IMG/VR virus record: IMGVR_UViG_3300023242_000078
Coordinates: 1-33,404 of that record
DNA: 33,404 bases
Direction: 5' to 3' (one strand)
Source of the DNA: a virus
Taxonomy: Duplodnaviria > Caudoviricetes
The position numbers and the translations under genes were made by a program. This document shows positions 1 to 7,761 of the stretch, piece by piece (positions within the stretch are counted from its first letter, which is position 1; each line of letters starts with the position of its first letter). The notes under the pieces are model-generated. The model made no database searches and was not told the origin of the DNA. It saw only the letters and a list, made by a program, of their open reading frames with translations.

Positions 1-310
1 CATTAAACCAAGTATAGTCCCCCGTCGCTCCGGGTTGTGAACCGTGACAAGCCCCATAAGCCACCGGAAACGCACCAGTAGTGATTGTCACTGTAGCACC
101 TGTCACATCAACCAGCGATGTGCTTGTGGTTGTAATGTTGCCAGCCGTTCTGACTACTCTGCCGTAAGCTGCTGTAGGTAAATTCTCTACTGTTGCTACC
201 GTACCCGTCTCATCAGGCAACGTGAGCACTCGGTCAACATTGCTGTTAGGGCTGGCTACTGTAAAAACACCTGTGCCGGAGGCGTTTGGGGATAATGAAA
301 TTAGTGACAA
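1..310 (-). CDS. Tail fibre-associated protein, 3' end outside the window (TTG start)
   Basis: Not in ORF track; manual translation MSLISLSPNASGTGVFTVASPNSNVDRVLTLPDETGTV... is open to the window edge; the 'ASP...RxLTLPDxTGT' N-terminus is typical of small phage tail-fibre proteins; AAGGAG lies just upstream. Confidence 0.75.
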   Translation of the reverse strand, partial: MSLISLSPNASGTGVFTVASPNSNVDRVLTLPDETGTVATVENLPTAAYGRVVRTAGNITTTSTSLVDVTGATVTITTGAFPVAYGACHGSQPGATGDYTWFN

Positions 311-311
311 T

Positions 312-1073
312 TTATTGCTCCTTGCAAAATTTTCTGCTCTTGCGACCAAGAACATACCCGTCAGGCTGCGCACCTTCAAAACAAAATGTTACGCTTTGAC
401 CGTTGTTGTACCAGCGTCTGCCCTTTGCAGATACCCCCAATTTTAACTTGTGTTGCTCAGAGCGTAGTGGTTTTGGAATGCCCTTTAGCATTTTTGAGCG
501 CATGGCTCGTTCTTCCGCTGACTGCACACGGCCACGGTTCTTAGCGCTGACGCGGTCAACAAGTTCTTGCGGTAGCTTCACGCCTTTTCTGGGGCTTACA
601 CGCCCTTTTAACGCTTCTGACAACTTTTTGCGCGCTTCTGCGGAAAGGGGAACGCCTTTATTGGCTGGAGAAACGCCCAGCCTTACTTTGCTCATGCGCT
701 CCAATGTTTCTTTGGAAAACACACCAGTCTTACCTTTGTTCCAAGCTGGCTTCCCGCGCAAATGCGGTTGCGGCCCCGACATAGTTGGAGGGTATCCACC
801 GCCTGTTGTTAGATTCCAGCCAAGTTTGTCTGCTGGTCGCAGTTTGCGCTCAATGTCTAAGCAATACTCTTTGTCAGCCATCAGCAACACGGATTTAACC
901 ATATTGTCCCAGCCGTGCTTTTGAATAGCGTGGCGCAGGTAAGCGTTTGTACCATTCTCCATGTTGCGATGCGCAGCAAACCGTTTCTGAACATTACCAG
1001 ACACGCCGACATACCCCTGAGACATAATGTCCGTATGGGATGCTTTGCGTATCCAGTACACAACAAAGCTCAT
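312..1073 (-). CDS. GIY-YIG homing endonuclease with NUMOD3-like DNA-binding repeats
   Basis: N-terminal VYWIR...GYVGVS..KRF..H, later E and GWN motifs; repeated NKG/RKG...S.E....S....G units; C-terminal WYNNG motif. Confidence 0.88.
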   Translation of the reverse strand: MSFVVYWIRKASHTDIMSQGYVGVSGNVQKRFAAHRNMENGTNAYLRHAIQKHGWDNMVKSVLLMADKEYCLDIERKLRPADKLGWNLTTGGGYPPTMSGPQPHLRGKPAWNKGKTGVFSKETLERMSKVRLGVSPANKGVPLSAEARKKLSEALKGRVSPRKGVKLPQELVDRVSAKNRGRVQSAEERAMRSKMLKGIPKPLRSEQHKLKLGVSAKGRRWYNNGQSVTFCFEGAQPDGYVLGRKSRKFCKEQ

Positions 1074-1117
1074 ACAAAACCCAAGGAGGCGTTACCGGTT
1101 ATCGCTACTTTACTCAT
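1070..1117 (-). pseudogene. Orphaned 5' end of the tail gene (mini-ORF MSKVAITGNASLGFV*)
   Basis: TAATG overlap with the upstream gene, ATGA overlap with the endonuclease; MSKVAITGNAS parallels MSLISLSPNAS of the gene at 310. Confidence 0.7.
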
Positions 1118-1347
1118 TAAACCCCCTGTGGCATTGCTGCCTTAATTGCGTCTGCTGTAGTTGCCGCGTTAATGGCTGTTTGCATGTCGTCATACTTGGT
1201 GCGGACAACAGCACGGGCTTCTTCAGCTGCTACGGCTTCTGAGGGAATGGTTGCTTTAATGTCCAGCGGAGCAAACTCAACTGAACGAGCAGCGCGGCGC
1301 ACATCATGTGCAATGTCTTTAGCTTTGCTTATATTCACTGTAATCAT
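1117..1347 (-). CDS. Tail fibre assembly/chaperone-like protein (C-terminal-type module)
   Basis: MITVNISKAKDIAHDVRRAARSVEFAPLD...; start moved to the ATG at 1347 (ATGA overlap with upstream stop); tail context. Confidence 0.6.
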   Translation of the reverse strand: MITVNISKAKDIAHDVRRAARSVEFAPLDIKATIPSEAVAAEEARAVVRTKYDDMQTAINAATTADAIKAAMPQGV

Positions 1348-1532
1348 GTCAGCTCCCATGCGTTGCGGAATGTGCGGTCGGTTGGAATGTCAGCAACGTC
1401 CACGATGCTGTAGGGCTTGCCGTCTGGTACATCTTTGGCTACAATCTCTTCGATGGTTAATCCGCAGTTGGCGGGTACAATGATTGAAACACCGCCTTCG
1501 TCATTTGAGAAGATAATTCGTTTGTTGTCCAT
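1344..1532 (-). CDS. Tail fibre assembly/chaperone-like protein (N-terminal-type module)
   Basis: RIIFSNDEGGVSIIVP...KDVPDGKPY...DRTFRNAW, a recurrent small phage protein following fibre genes. Confidence 0.6.
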   Translation of the reverse strand: MDNKRIIFSNDEGGVSIIVPANCGLTIEEIVAKDVPDGKPYSIVDVADIPTDRTFRNAWELT

Positions 1533-1543
1533 GATTTTTTCTT

Positions 1544-2014
1544 TTAGTTGCCAAATATAATTATGCTGTTTTGTGACCCATCTGAGGTAACCCCAGTATC
1601 AACTCGAACTTCAACCCTAACTGCGTTAATGCTCTTTAGTGTTGCTGATGTCGCAAAAGTATCAACCCTAACACCTATTGATGACGCTATAGTGTAAGTC
1701 GGTGACTGCGGTGACGTACCAGCAACGGCGTAATTAGCATCTACCATCGCAGTAGTAAAGTTAACCGTGTAGTCACCAACACCGTTATCAGTAATACTCG
1801 ACACATTCCCGCTAGCCCGAATAGCCACCGTGCCCGTGCCGTTGAAGTTAACCCAAGCCCTACAAGCATAAATAGGCGCAGAGCCTGTGGCGTTTAATGC
1901 TCCAGTAATACGTGCAGCAGCAACATCACCTGTTAAGTCTTCACCATCAAATCCAGCTGTTGAATCAATGTCCGGCGTTGTAATGCCAGTTGTCCCATTT
2001 AATGTAATTGTCAT
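1544..2014 (-). CDS. Short tail fibre-type protein
   Basis: CRAWVNFNGTGTVAIRASGNVSSITDNGVGDYTVNFTTAM domain, common in phage fibre tips. Confidence 0.7.
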   Translation of the reverse strand: MTITLNGTTGITTPDIDSTAGFDGEDLTGDVAAARITGALNATGSAPIYACRAWVNFNGTGTVAIRASGNVSSITDNGVGDYTVNFTTAMVDANYAVAGTSPQSPTYTIASSIGVRVDTFATSATLKSINAVRVEVRVDTGVTSDGSQNSIIIFGN

Positions 2015-2022
2015 ATAAACCT

Positions 2023-2481
2023 TTAAACAATAACCCAGCGTGAGCCTGTTGGTACTGTGACTGAGACGCCGCCGTCAATCGTGATGGGGCCTGCGCTCAT
2101 GGCGTTGTGGCCAGCAGTAATAGTAGAGTCAGTGCTTATGGCCGCAGAGTTCTGTACGTAGCCCTGTGAGCCGATTACTGCGTGATCTGATGGGTAGGTA
2201 ACGAATACGTCTTTGCCGCCAGCAGAGAAGCTCACAGCGCTTCCACCGTTGCTTGAGGACAGTACGGCATCTCGCGACAAAGTTGCGCCACTTGCCGTGT
2301 ATGTGCCAATGCCAACTTCCCACTCATCTGTTCCCTGCCCTGAGATTGTGTAATACGTGGTATTACCATTCCCAATAACAGAAAACGACTGGAAACCGAG
2401 CGCCGCACCTGTGAGGGTTACTGCACCAGTACCAGTCGTGGTAGTGGCCTCTTTTACTCTGTCTTTGAGTACGAGAGCCAT
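2023..2481 (-). CDS. Virion tail protein (fibre attachment type)
   Basis: MALVLKDRVKEATTTTGTG...WEVGIGTY...KDVFVTYP N-terminus; C-terminal SAGPITI...VTVPTGSRWVIV. Confidence 0.7.
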   Translation of the reverse strand: MALVLKDRVKEATTTTGTGAVTLTGAALGFQSFSVIGNGNTTYYTISGQGTDEWEVGIGTYTASGATLSRDAVLSSSNGGSAVSFSAGGKDVFVTYPSDHAVIGSQGYVQNSAAISTDSTITAGHNAMSAGPITIDGGVSVTVPTGSRWVIV

Positions 2482-2492
2482 AATGAATCCAA

Positions 2493-2891
2493 TCAGGTCA
2501 AGGTAATGTCAAGGTCGCCAGCAGGCACACGTAAAATGTCGCCATCGTTAATGGTGCGGCTAGTAGTCAAGATGGCCCAGCCAAGCATGTTTCCGCCAGT
2601 TGAAGCATCAAATACAGCAATGTGCGTAATCGTGCCCCAGTTGCCACCAGATGCGGGGTCAAACTCAATTGACGCGCTATTGGTGCAGTTGGTTGGCGAT
2701 GTACCTGATACGGTCATCGTGCCAGTTGCTTTGCGAGAATAGTTGTTGCCCGATACCTCAGTGCCACCGCCTGAATCGCTAGGAGCGGCTGTAAACAGGC
2801 CTAGATACCAAGCGGTTGGACGGGTAACAGAGTCGGCTGTAAACAGCCATTTAAGCGCTGCGTTTTCTGCGTAATCACTAAATGATGACAT
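2493..2891 (-). CDS. Virion structural protein (tail/collar-associated)
   Basis: SDYAEN...YLGLFTAAPSDSGGGTEVSG..Y.R...WGTITH..VFDASTGGNML conserved phage family. Confidence 0.7.
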   Translation of the reverse strand: MSSFSDYAENAALKWLFTADSVTRPTAWYLGLFTAAPSDSGGGTEVSGNNYSRKATGTMTVSGTSPTNCTNSASIEFDPASGGNWGTITHIAVFDASTGGNMLGWAILTTSRTINDGDILRVPAGDLDITLT

Positions 2892-2905
2892 TGCGAATTC
2901 CTTTG

Positions 2906-3094
2906 TTATTCACTTATTAATGAACGTTCAAACAGTTGGGCAAAGGCATTGCGGCCAACTATCATTTGGTCTATGTTGAATCGTAAAGATGACAGCTTGC
3001 GGTCTAAGTCTGCAATGTGGCTTGCCATCAACCTTTGCGGCTCGGTCAATTCTTCCATGTTGTATTCAACGCCATCAATGATTACTTTTTTCAT
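2906..3094 (-). CDS. Small coiled-coil phage protein
   Basis: IIDGVEY..EELTE.Q....HIADLDRK; start at 3094 gives a TGATG overlap with the upstream gene. Confidence 0.65.
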   Translation of the reverse strand: MKKVIIDGVEYNMEELTEPQRLMASHIADLDRKLSSLRFNIDQMIVGRNAFAQLFERSLISE

Positions 3095-3378
3095 CACCAC
3101 GTACCCTTCCAAACACGGAACTTATCAAAGTCTCCTGACAACAGCTTGCGCTTTATAACGTCCTTCATGGCTGGGTCGCCCCACTTGATTCCAGCTTCTT
3201 TAGCCCACATTTCAACAATGTGTAAAGGTATTTCACCAGCCAGTCTGCTTTCACCAAGAATGCCGCCGTTCAACTCTTTGATTGCCTCGACTCGTTTTAT
3301 GTACGAATCATTGTCAAATTGACTTTGGACAACAAAAGTGCCGTCATGGTTGTCTATAAACTTTTCACCAGTTTTCAT
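3094..3378 (-). CDS. Conserved phage protein downstream of capsid
   Basis: 94 aa; IP..IVE.WAKE.G...FRVWKG pattern; position after the capsid gene. Confidence 0.7.
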   Translation of the reverse strand: MKTGEKFIDNHDGTFVVQSQFDNDSYIKRVEAIKELNGGILGESRLAGEIPLHIVEMWAKEAGIKWGDPAMKDVIKRKLLSGDFDKFRVWKGTW

Positions 3379-3410
3379 TGCGCCACCCGTTTTGTTTTTA
3401 GTGATTCAAT

Positions 3411-3438
3411 AAAAGGCAGAGAGCCGTAGCCCTCTACC
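3411..3438 (-). terminator. Intrinsic terminator after the major capsid gene
   Basis: Minus strand GGTAGAGGGC-TACG-GCTCTCTGCC followed by TTTT. Confidence 0.8.
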
Positions 3439-3447
3439 GTTTAACAA

Positions 3448-4407
3448 TTAGCCTGTAATTGTGTTGTCAAAGATGCCACCGTTGGCAGCTTCGTTCTTAC
3501 AAACCAAGGTCAACTCAGTTGTCACTTGACGCTTGCTTGAGTCACCAGTCTTGGCCAACTCAATGTTCTTTGTAGGACGCAGAACACCAACACACCACAT
3601 ATCTTTTTGCATGATGAAGACATCACGTGAACGGTTTTCACGTGTAGGCATGAATTCAACAGTACCCCAAGGCGTGACATATACGGCCAAAGACTTGATA
3701 ACCTTTTCGTCACCAGCTTGCACTTGTGAACGTTGGTTGTTGTTACCAGTAAAGCCAAGGGCTTTATTCATCTGGTAAGCAGACAAGTACACGGTGTCAG
3801 GACGGCCACCGCTTTCCCAGATTGACTGCATCACTGAGTCAAACTTGGTTTGTGAGAAAGCCGTCAGAGCGGTTGTCTCATCAGTACGTGCGTCAGTGCC
3901 GTCACCAGTTGGGTCAGCGCCTTCGTTAGCACCAAATGAGGTGTTGGAAATCAACCATGAAGAGGCGCCAGCCAACTCGCGTGCGGTGGTGCTGTTGCCA
4001 GCGACACGTGCGTTGTTGTCAAACAGTGCTTTTTCGATGTCCAATTTCTGCTCTTTTGCAACTTTCAAAACGGCAAATGCCATCTCAGCAGCGCGTCCGG
4101 CTTTCTTCAGACCAGAGTCTGTGTCGGCTACGGTTACAGCGTTCTTAAAAATTTGCGTATAGTTGCCCAAACGTGAGGTAGCAGTACGGGCTTCGGCAAC
4201 AGTGTCATCGCCTTCAATATGGGCGTTTGTTGCGCTTGCGCGTAACGTGCTGGTCTGCCATTCGTGCAGTGTGTTCGTGGCCTTTACTTTAGCAACGCTA
4301 GAGTAAAAAGGTGTTTCAGTTGGGCTAACATCATAAATGATGTCTTCCAAGTCTTCGCGGATGCCGACTGCATCGTAGGAGTCAAATGTGTTGGTAGGCT
4401 GTGCCAT
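3448..4407 (-). CDS. Major capsid protein (SU10-like/DUF5309-type)
   Basis: 319 aa; GIREDL.DIIYDVSPTETPF...HEWQT...NYTQIF...ELAKTGDS; follows scaffold and is followed by a terminator. Confidence 0.9.
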   Translation of the reverse strand: MAQPTNTFDSYDAVGIREDLEDIIYDVSPTETPFYSSVAKVKATNTLHEWQTSTLRASATNAHIEGDDTVAEARTATSRLGNYTQIFKNAVTVADTDSGLKKAGRAAEMAFAVLKVAKEQKLDIEKALFDNNARVAGNSTTARELAGASSWLISNTSFGANEGADPTGDGTDARTDETTALTAFSQTKFDSVMQSIWESGGRPDTVYLSAYQMNKALGFTGNNNQRSQVQAGDEKVIKSLAVYVTPWGTVEFMPTRENRSRDVFIMQKDMWCVGVLRPTKNIELAKTGDSSKRQVTTELTLVCKNEAANGGIFDNTITG

Positions 4408-4420
4408 GATAAGTATCTTT

Positions 4421-5422
4421 CTAAGATTTAAGCATTAAACTGAGCGCGTCTTCGATGCGTCCAGAATTCTTTAGGTTGGTCTTCTTTTGCAAAGCGTCTT
4501 TGTTGCTTTTCGTAAGATTCTTTGAGCCTGCTCGTATCGGTGCTGATTTAGGGCGTGCCGACTGTGCTTTCTCATCCGCTTTCTTCTTGCCACTCATAAT
4601 CTCGCGGTACTTCATCGCGTCACGTAAAACGTGTAGTGCGCGACTTTCTACCACTTGACTAATCTCTTCTGCCGTGTAGCCGTATGCTTGGCCAGCAACC
4701 AGAATTTGCTCCTTAAACTTGCCAGCCCGTTCTGGGCTGCCTAATTCGGGGATAACGGTCTTCAGGTTTTCTACCTCACGCATGAGGTATGCCTGTCGAG
4801 CCGATTGCTCTGCCTGACTTTGCTGTGCCGACAACTGCTGAAACTGTTCATGCTGTTGTTGGTACTTCGCTACATCATCATCAAAATTCATCTTTGCTTC
4901 CATGTACCCAATTGGGTCGGAGTCAAAAAGTTCCCTTGATGGCGCTTTCGGAGGTGTGGCAATCTGTCCACCTTGAATCTGCTGATACAACTTTGCGATT
5001 TGCTGTCTTTCATTCAACAAGGCTGCGTAGACTTCTTCTGCCTGCTTTCGCTGGCCAGCCGCCTCTTGCATACCCTTTTGGACAAATTGTTGACCACCGT
5101 ACCCACGCTTCAACTCGCTCAGAGTGACCTGCTTATCTGTTCCGTCAATCTTGACGGTGAACACAGGGTCTTGCTTGCCAGCACTGTCAGTGTCTTCTTC
5201 TTCGTCCTCCGCATCTTCATCAGATTCGTCTTCGGATTCTTCATCAGATTCTTCAGATTCGTCTTCAGCTTCAGCGCCTGACTCTTCGGTTTCTTCTTCT
5301 TCCGATTCGTCATCTTCGTTAGTGCTGTTGTCTTCGTTTTCAACACCTTCAGGTTCAATCATAGCACTTACTGCACTATTAAGCGAACCATAAATACCTA
5401 CATCCTCAGTCGTTTGTTCCAC
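4421..5422 (-). CDS. Capsid scaffolding protein
   Basis: Acidic N-terminus, FTVKIDG....VTLSELKRGY motif, coiled coil; directly upstream of capsid. Confidence 0.85.
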   Translation of the reverse strand: MEQTTEDVGIYGSLNSAVSAMIEPEGVENEDNSTNEDDESEEEETEESGAEAEDESEESDEESEDESDEDAEDEEEDTDSAGKQDPVFTVKIDGTDKQVTLSELKRGYGGQQFVQKGMQEAAGQRKQAEEVYAALLNERQQIAKLYQQIQGGQIATPPKAPSRELFDSDPIGYMEAKMNFDDDVAKYQQQHEQFQQLSAQQSQAEQSARQAYLMREVENLKTVIPELGSPERAGKFKEQILVAGQAYGYTAEEISQVVESRALHVLRDAMKYREIMSGKKKADEKAQSARPKSAPIRAGSKNLTKSNKDALQKKTNLKNSGRIEDALSLMLKS

Positions 5423-5661
5423 GGTACTGATTCCTTCTGTTGTTTATCAAAAAATGCCTCGTCTGTAAGTACAGAGTTGAAGTAAGTTTCAATGTTGCCC
5501 AACGCACGAATGATGTCGTGCGCATCGACCAAAGCGTCCTGAGACGACTCTGGATTCAAAAACAAGCTCACTTGCTTGTCCCGAATTGCTTGCATCACTT
5601 CTTGAAATACGCTGTCGTTTTGTAGCTGGCGTATTTTTGATGCTTGATCTTTGATGTTCAA
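5398..5661 (-). CDS. Small head-module protein
   Basis: 87-aa helical ORF between portal and scaffold, tightly coupled to both. Confidence 0.7.
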   Translation of the reverse strand: MNIKDQASKIRQLQNDSVFQEVMQAIRDKQVSLFLNPESSQDALVDAHDIIRALGNIETYFNSVLTDEAFFDKQQKESVPWNKRLRM

Positions 5662-7761
5662 TTAAAACCTTCCACCTGTGACGGCTTGTGCGGGTGACTC
5701 TTGCGGATACCTTGGTTGGGCTTGCGCAGCCTTTACACCAGCAACATCGACTGTGGTCTGGTACTGGCCATACAACTTTGCAGCGTCAGTAAGTAATTCC
5801 TGATCCATTTTATCGCGTGCGCGGTCGTCTTCAGCAATGGCCTTCTGAGCCTCAATCTGCAACTTGAGCGTCTGCACTTTTTCGTTTGCAGCAGCTTTGA
5901 TTTTCTCTGCCTCAATAATCGCTTGGGCCTGCTGGTCAACTGGCGGTTGCTGCTGTTGCTGCGCTGCCATCTGTTGCAGTTGCTGTTCGCGCTCCATATC
6001 CATTGGTGAGAAGTAGCGGTCGGCGTTTCGTACACCCTGCACTGCCAGCATATCTGCGACAGTGTTGCGAATGTTTGTCATGGTCACTACACCGTTGTTT
6101 GGGCCATAGTTTTGGTACACCTGCATTTGTAGCTGTAAAGCCTGTGCAAGCGCAGCAGAGCGCTGGTCTTCACGGCCAGTACCCAAGCCAACGTTTGCGG
6201 CTACATCCATCTTGGCGTTCCAATGGCGCGGGTCAACAGGCTGGTAGTCACCGCCAGCCATGCGCATCATTACAGCTTCATCAACGTTTTCGACCATTAG
6301 CTTGAGCATCAACTTAAACAGTCGGCGCATACCGCCTTCTGCTAAGTTTCTGGCCATGACCTCGACCTGACCCGCTGCCGCCTGTATGGTGGCGTTTACA
6401 GCCGCCGCAGTAGTTGACTGCATGGCATCAGGATTTAATCCGCTAGAGGCCCGTGTAACACCTGTCTTGGACTCAATCTCAGCGTCCATGTACTGGATTG
6501 CCACCAAGGTCTGGCCAGCCACAAATGGCACGGCCAAGTCGCGAACCATGCCGGGCGCTTTAACCCGGACGATTCCACCAATTTCGTTGTTCAACAAGTC
6601 GTCAATGTTTACCTGCCCGTCAACAATTTCTCGCTGTGGGCTATTGGTCAATGCAACGTTGTCCAACACACCGCGCAGCATCATGGTGCTGGCGTCTTGC
6701 TCATTCATCAGCAAGTCAGCAATTGAGCGGCCAAAGAACGTGTGTGGCTCTGGGTCAATCTCGAAAACAGCAAACGGTATTTCACTGCAAGGCTCAATGC
6801 TCAACAGGTTGTAGTCATCGCCACCCAATAGGCAACGCTGCATCTGGGCTACACCAGTGCCGTCAACATCAATACGCATATAGGCTTCAGTGATGGCCAC
6901 TAAGCGCATAGCCGGGTCTTGGACGTTTTCCTGAGCATATGCTGTGTCGTAGCCACGGCGCTCAAATTCTTCTTCGTTGGCGGTTGTGTTGTAGTTGCTA
7001 AAGCCTGACAGCTTTGACACCTCTTCAAACTCAAAGCCCATTGCTACGACATCACTGACGCGCATTTGAGTCCGGTGCGCCACAATGTACGCATCTTCAA
7101 TGCGTTTAGCGCCACGGTCTACAAAGAATTCCTCTGGCGGTACTGACTGGATGTCCATATCACCACGCTCAGTTGTGCGTGAGATTTTTAGGTAATGGCG
7201 AGGCATCTCGACTTCCATGCCCATTTCATCAATGTCCATTTCCATCGTGACTGAATGCTCAACGACTTCAACGCCGTCATCATTCACAATGACTGAATAT
7301 TCTTGGTCATTGATGTCGTTGTACTCGTAAATTTCTTGATCTTGGTAGGTGTCCCAGAAGGCTTTTACAATACCGACCTTCTTGACCAGCGCATCGTGGA
7401 ATGCGTCATTGATTATTCGGTAGCCGCCAAGTTCACTAAACTTGTATTGCATATACCGCGTGGCTAACTCAGCAAACTTTACGTCTCTTGGCCCAGTAGG
7501 GATGTACTCAACAGCGCGGTCGGTAGACAAGAACACACGCATCAGGCTGGGCTTGATGGCCCGTACTGTGTCGCGCACCTTTGTAGCTACGACTTTGCTG
7601 CGGCCCTCCTCCTCGCCAATGTCCACCTCGCCGTCAAAGTAGCGCTGTGAGCGAATGCGGTCTGGCGCAATCTCGCTTTCCACAAAGTCAACAGCGTCTG
7701 TTAACGCATCGCGAACAATGCCGTTAATCTCTGTTTCGGTCATTGGGGTTGGCTTAGTCAT
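5662..7761 (-). CDS. Portal protein (P22/SU10-like)
   Basis: 699 aa; GRSKVV...VRDTV..IKPSLMRVF, VPPEEFFVD, PEPHTFFGRSIAD motifs; Q-rich C-terminal helical barrel. Confidence 0.9.
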   Translation of the reverse strand: MTKPTPMTETEINGIVRDALTDAVDFVESEIAPDRIRSQRYFDGEVDIGEEEGRSKVVATKVRDTVRAIKPSLMRVFLSTDRAVEYIPTGPRDVKFAELATRYMQYKFSELGGYRIINDAFHDALVKKVGIVKAFWDTYQDQEIYEYNDINDQEYSVIVNDDGVEVVEHSVTMEMDIDEMGMEVEMPRHYLKISRTTERGDMDIQSVPPEEFFVDRGAKRIEDAYIVAHRTQMRVSDVVAMGFEFEEVSKLSGFSNYNTTANEEEFERRGYDTAYAQENVQDPAMRLVAITEAYMRIDVDGTGVAQMQRCLLGGDDYNLLSIEPCSEIPFAVFEIDPEPHTFFGRSIADLLMNEQDASTMMLRGVLDNVALTNSPQREIVDGQVNIDDLLNNEIGGIVRVKAPGMVRDLAVPFVAGQTLVAIQYMDAEIESKTGVTRASSGLNPDAMQSTTAAAVNATIQAAAGQVEVMARNLAEGGMRRLFKLMLKLMVENVDEAVMMRMAGGDYQPVDPRHWNAKMDVAANVGLGTGREDQRSAALAQALQLQMQVYQNYGPNNGVVTMTNIRNTVADMLAVQGVRNADRYFSPMDMEREQQLQQMAAQQQQQPPVDQQAQAIIEAEKIKAAANEKVQTLKLQIEAQKAIAEDDRARDKMDQELLTDAAKLYGQYQTTVDVAGVKAAQAQPRYPQESPAQAVTGGRF

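Noticed and set aside
287-1084. Group I intron housing the GIY-YIG gene
   Set aside because: The ORF fills almost the whole insert (about 11 nt before, 25 nt after), leaving no room for a ribozyme core, and the downstream gene has its own start.
5180-5345. Low-complexity TCTTC/TCAGATTC repeats
   Set aside because: Explained by the Asp/Glu-rich scaffold N-terminus.
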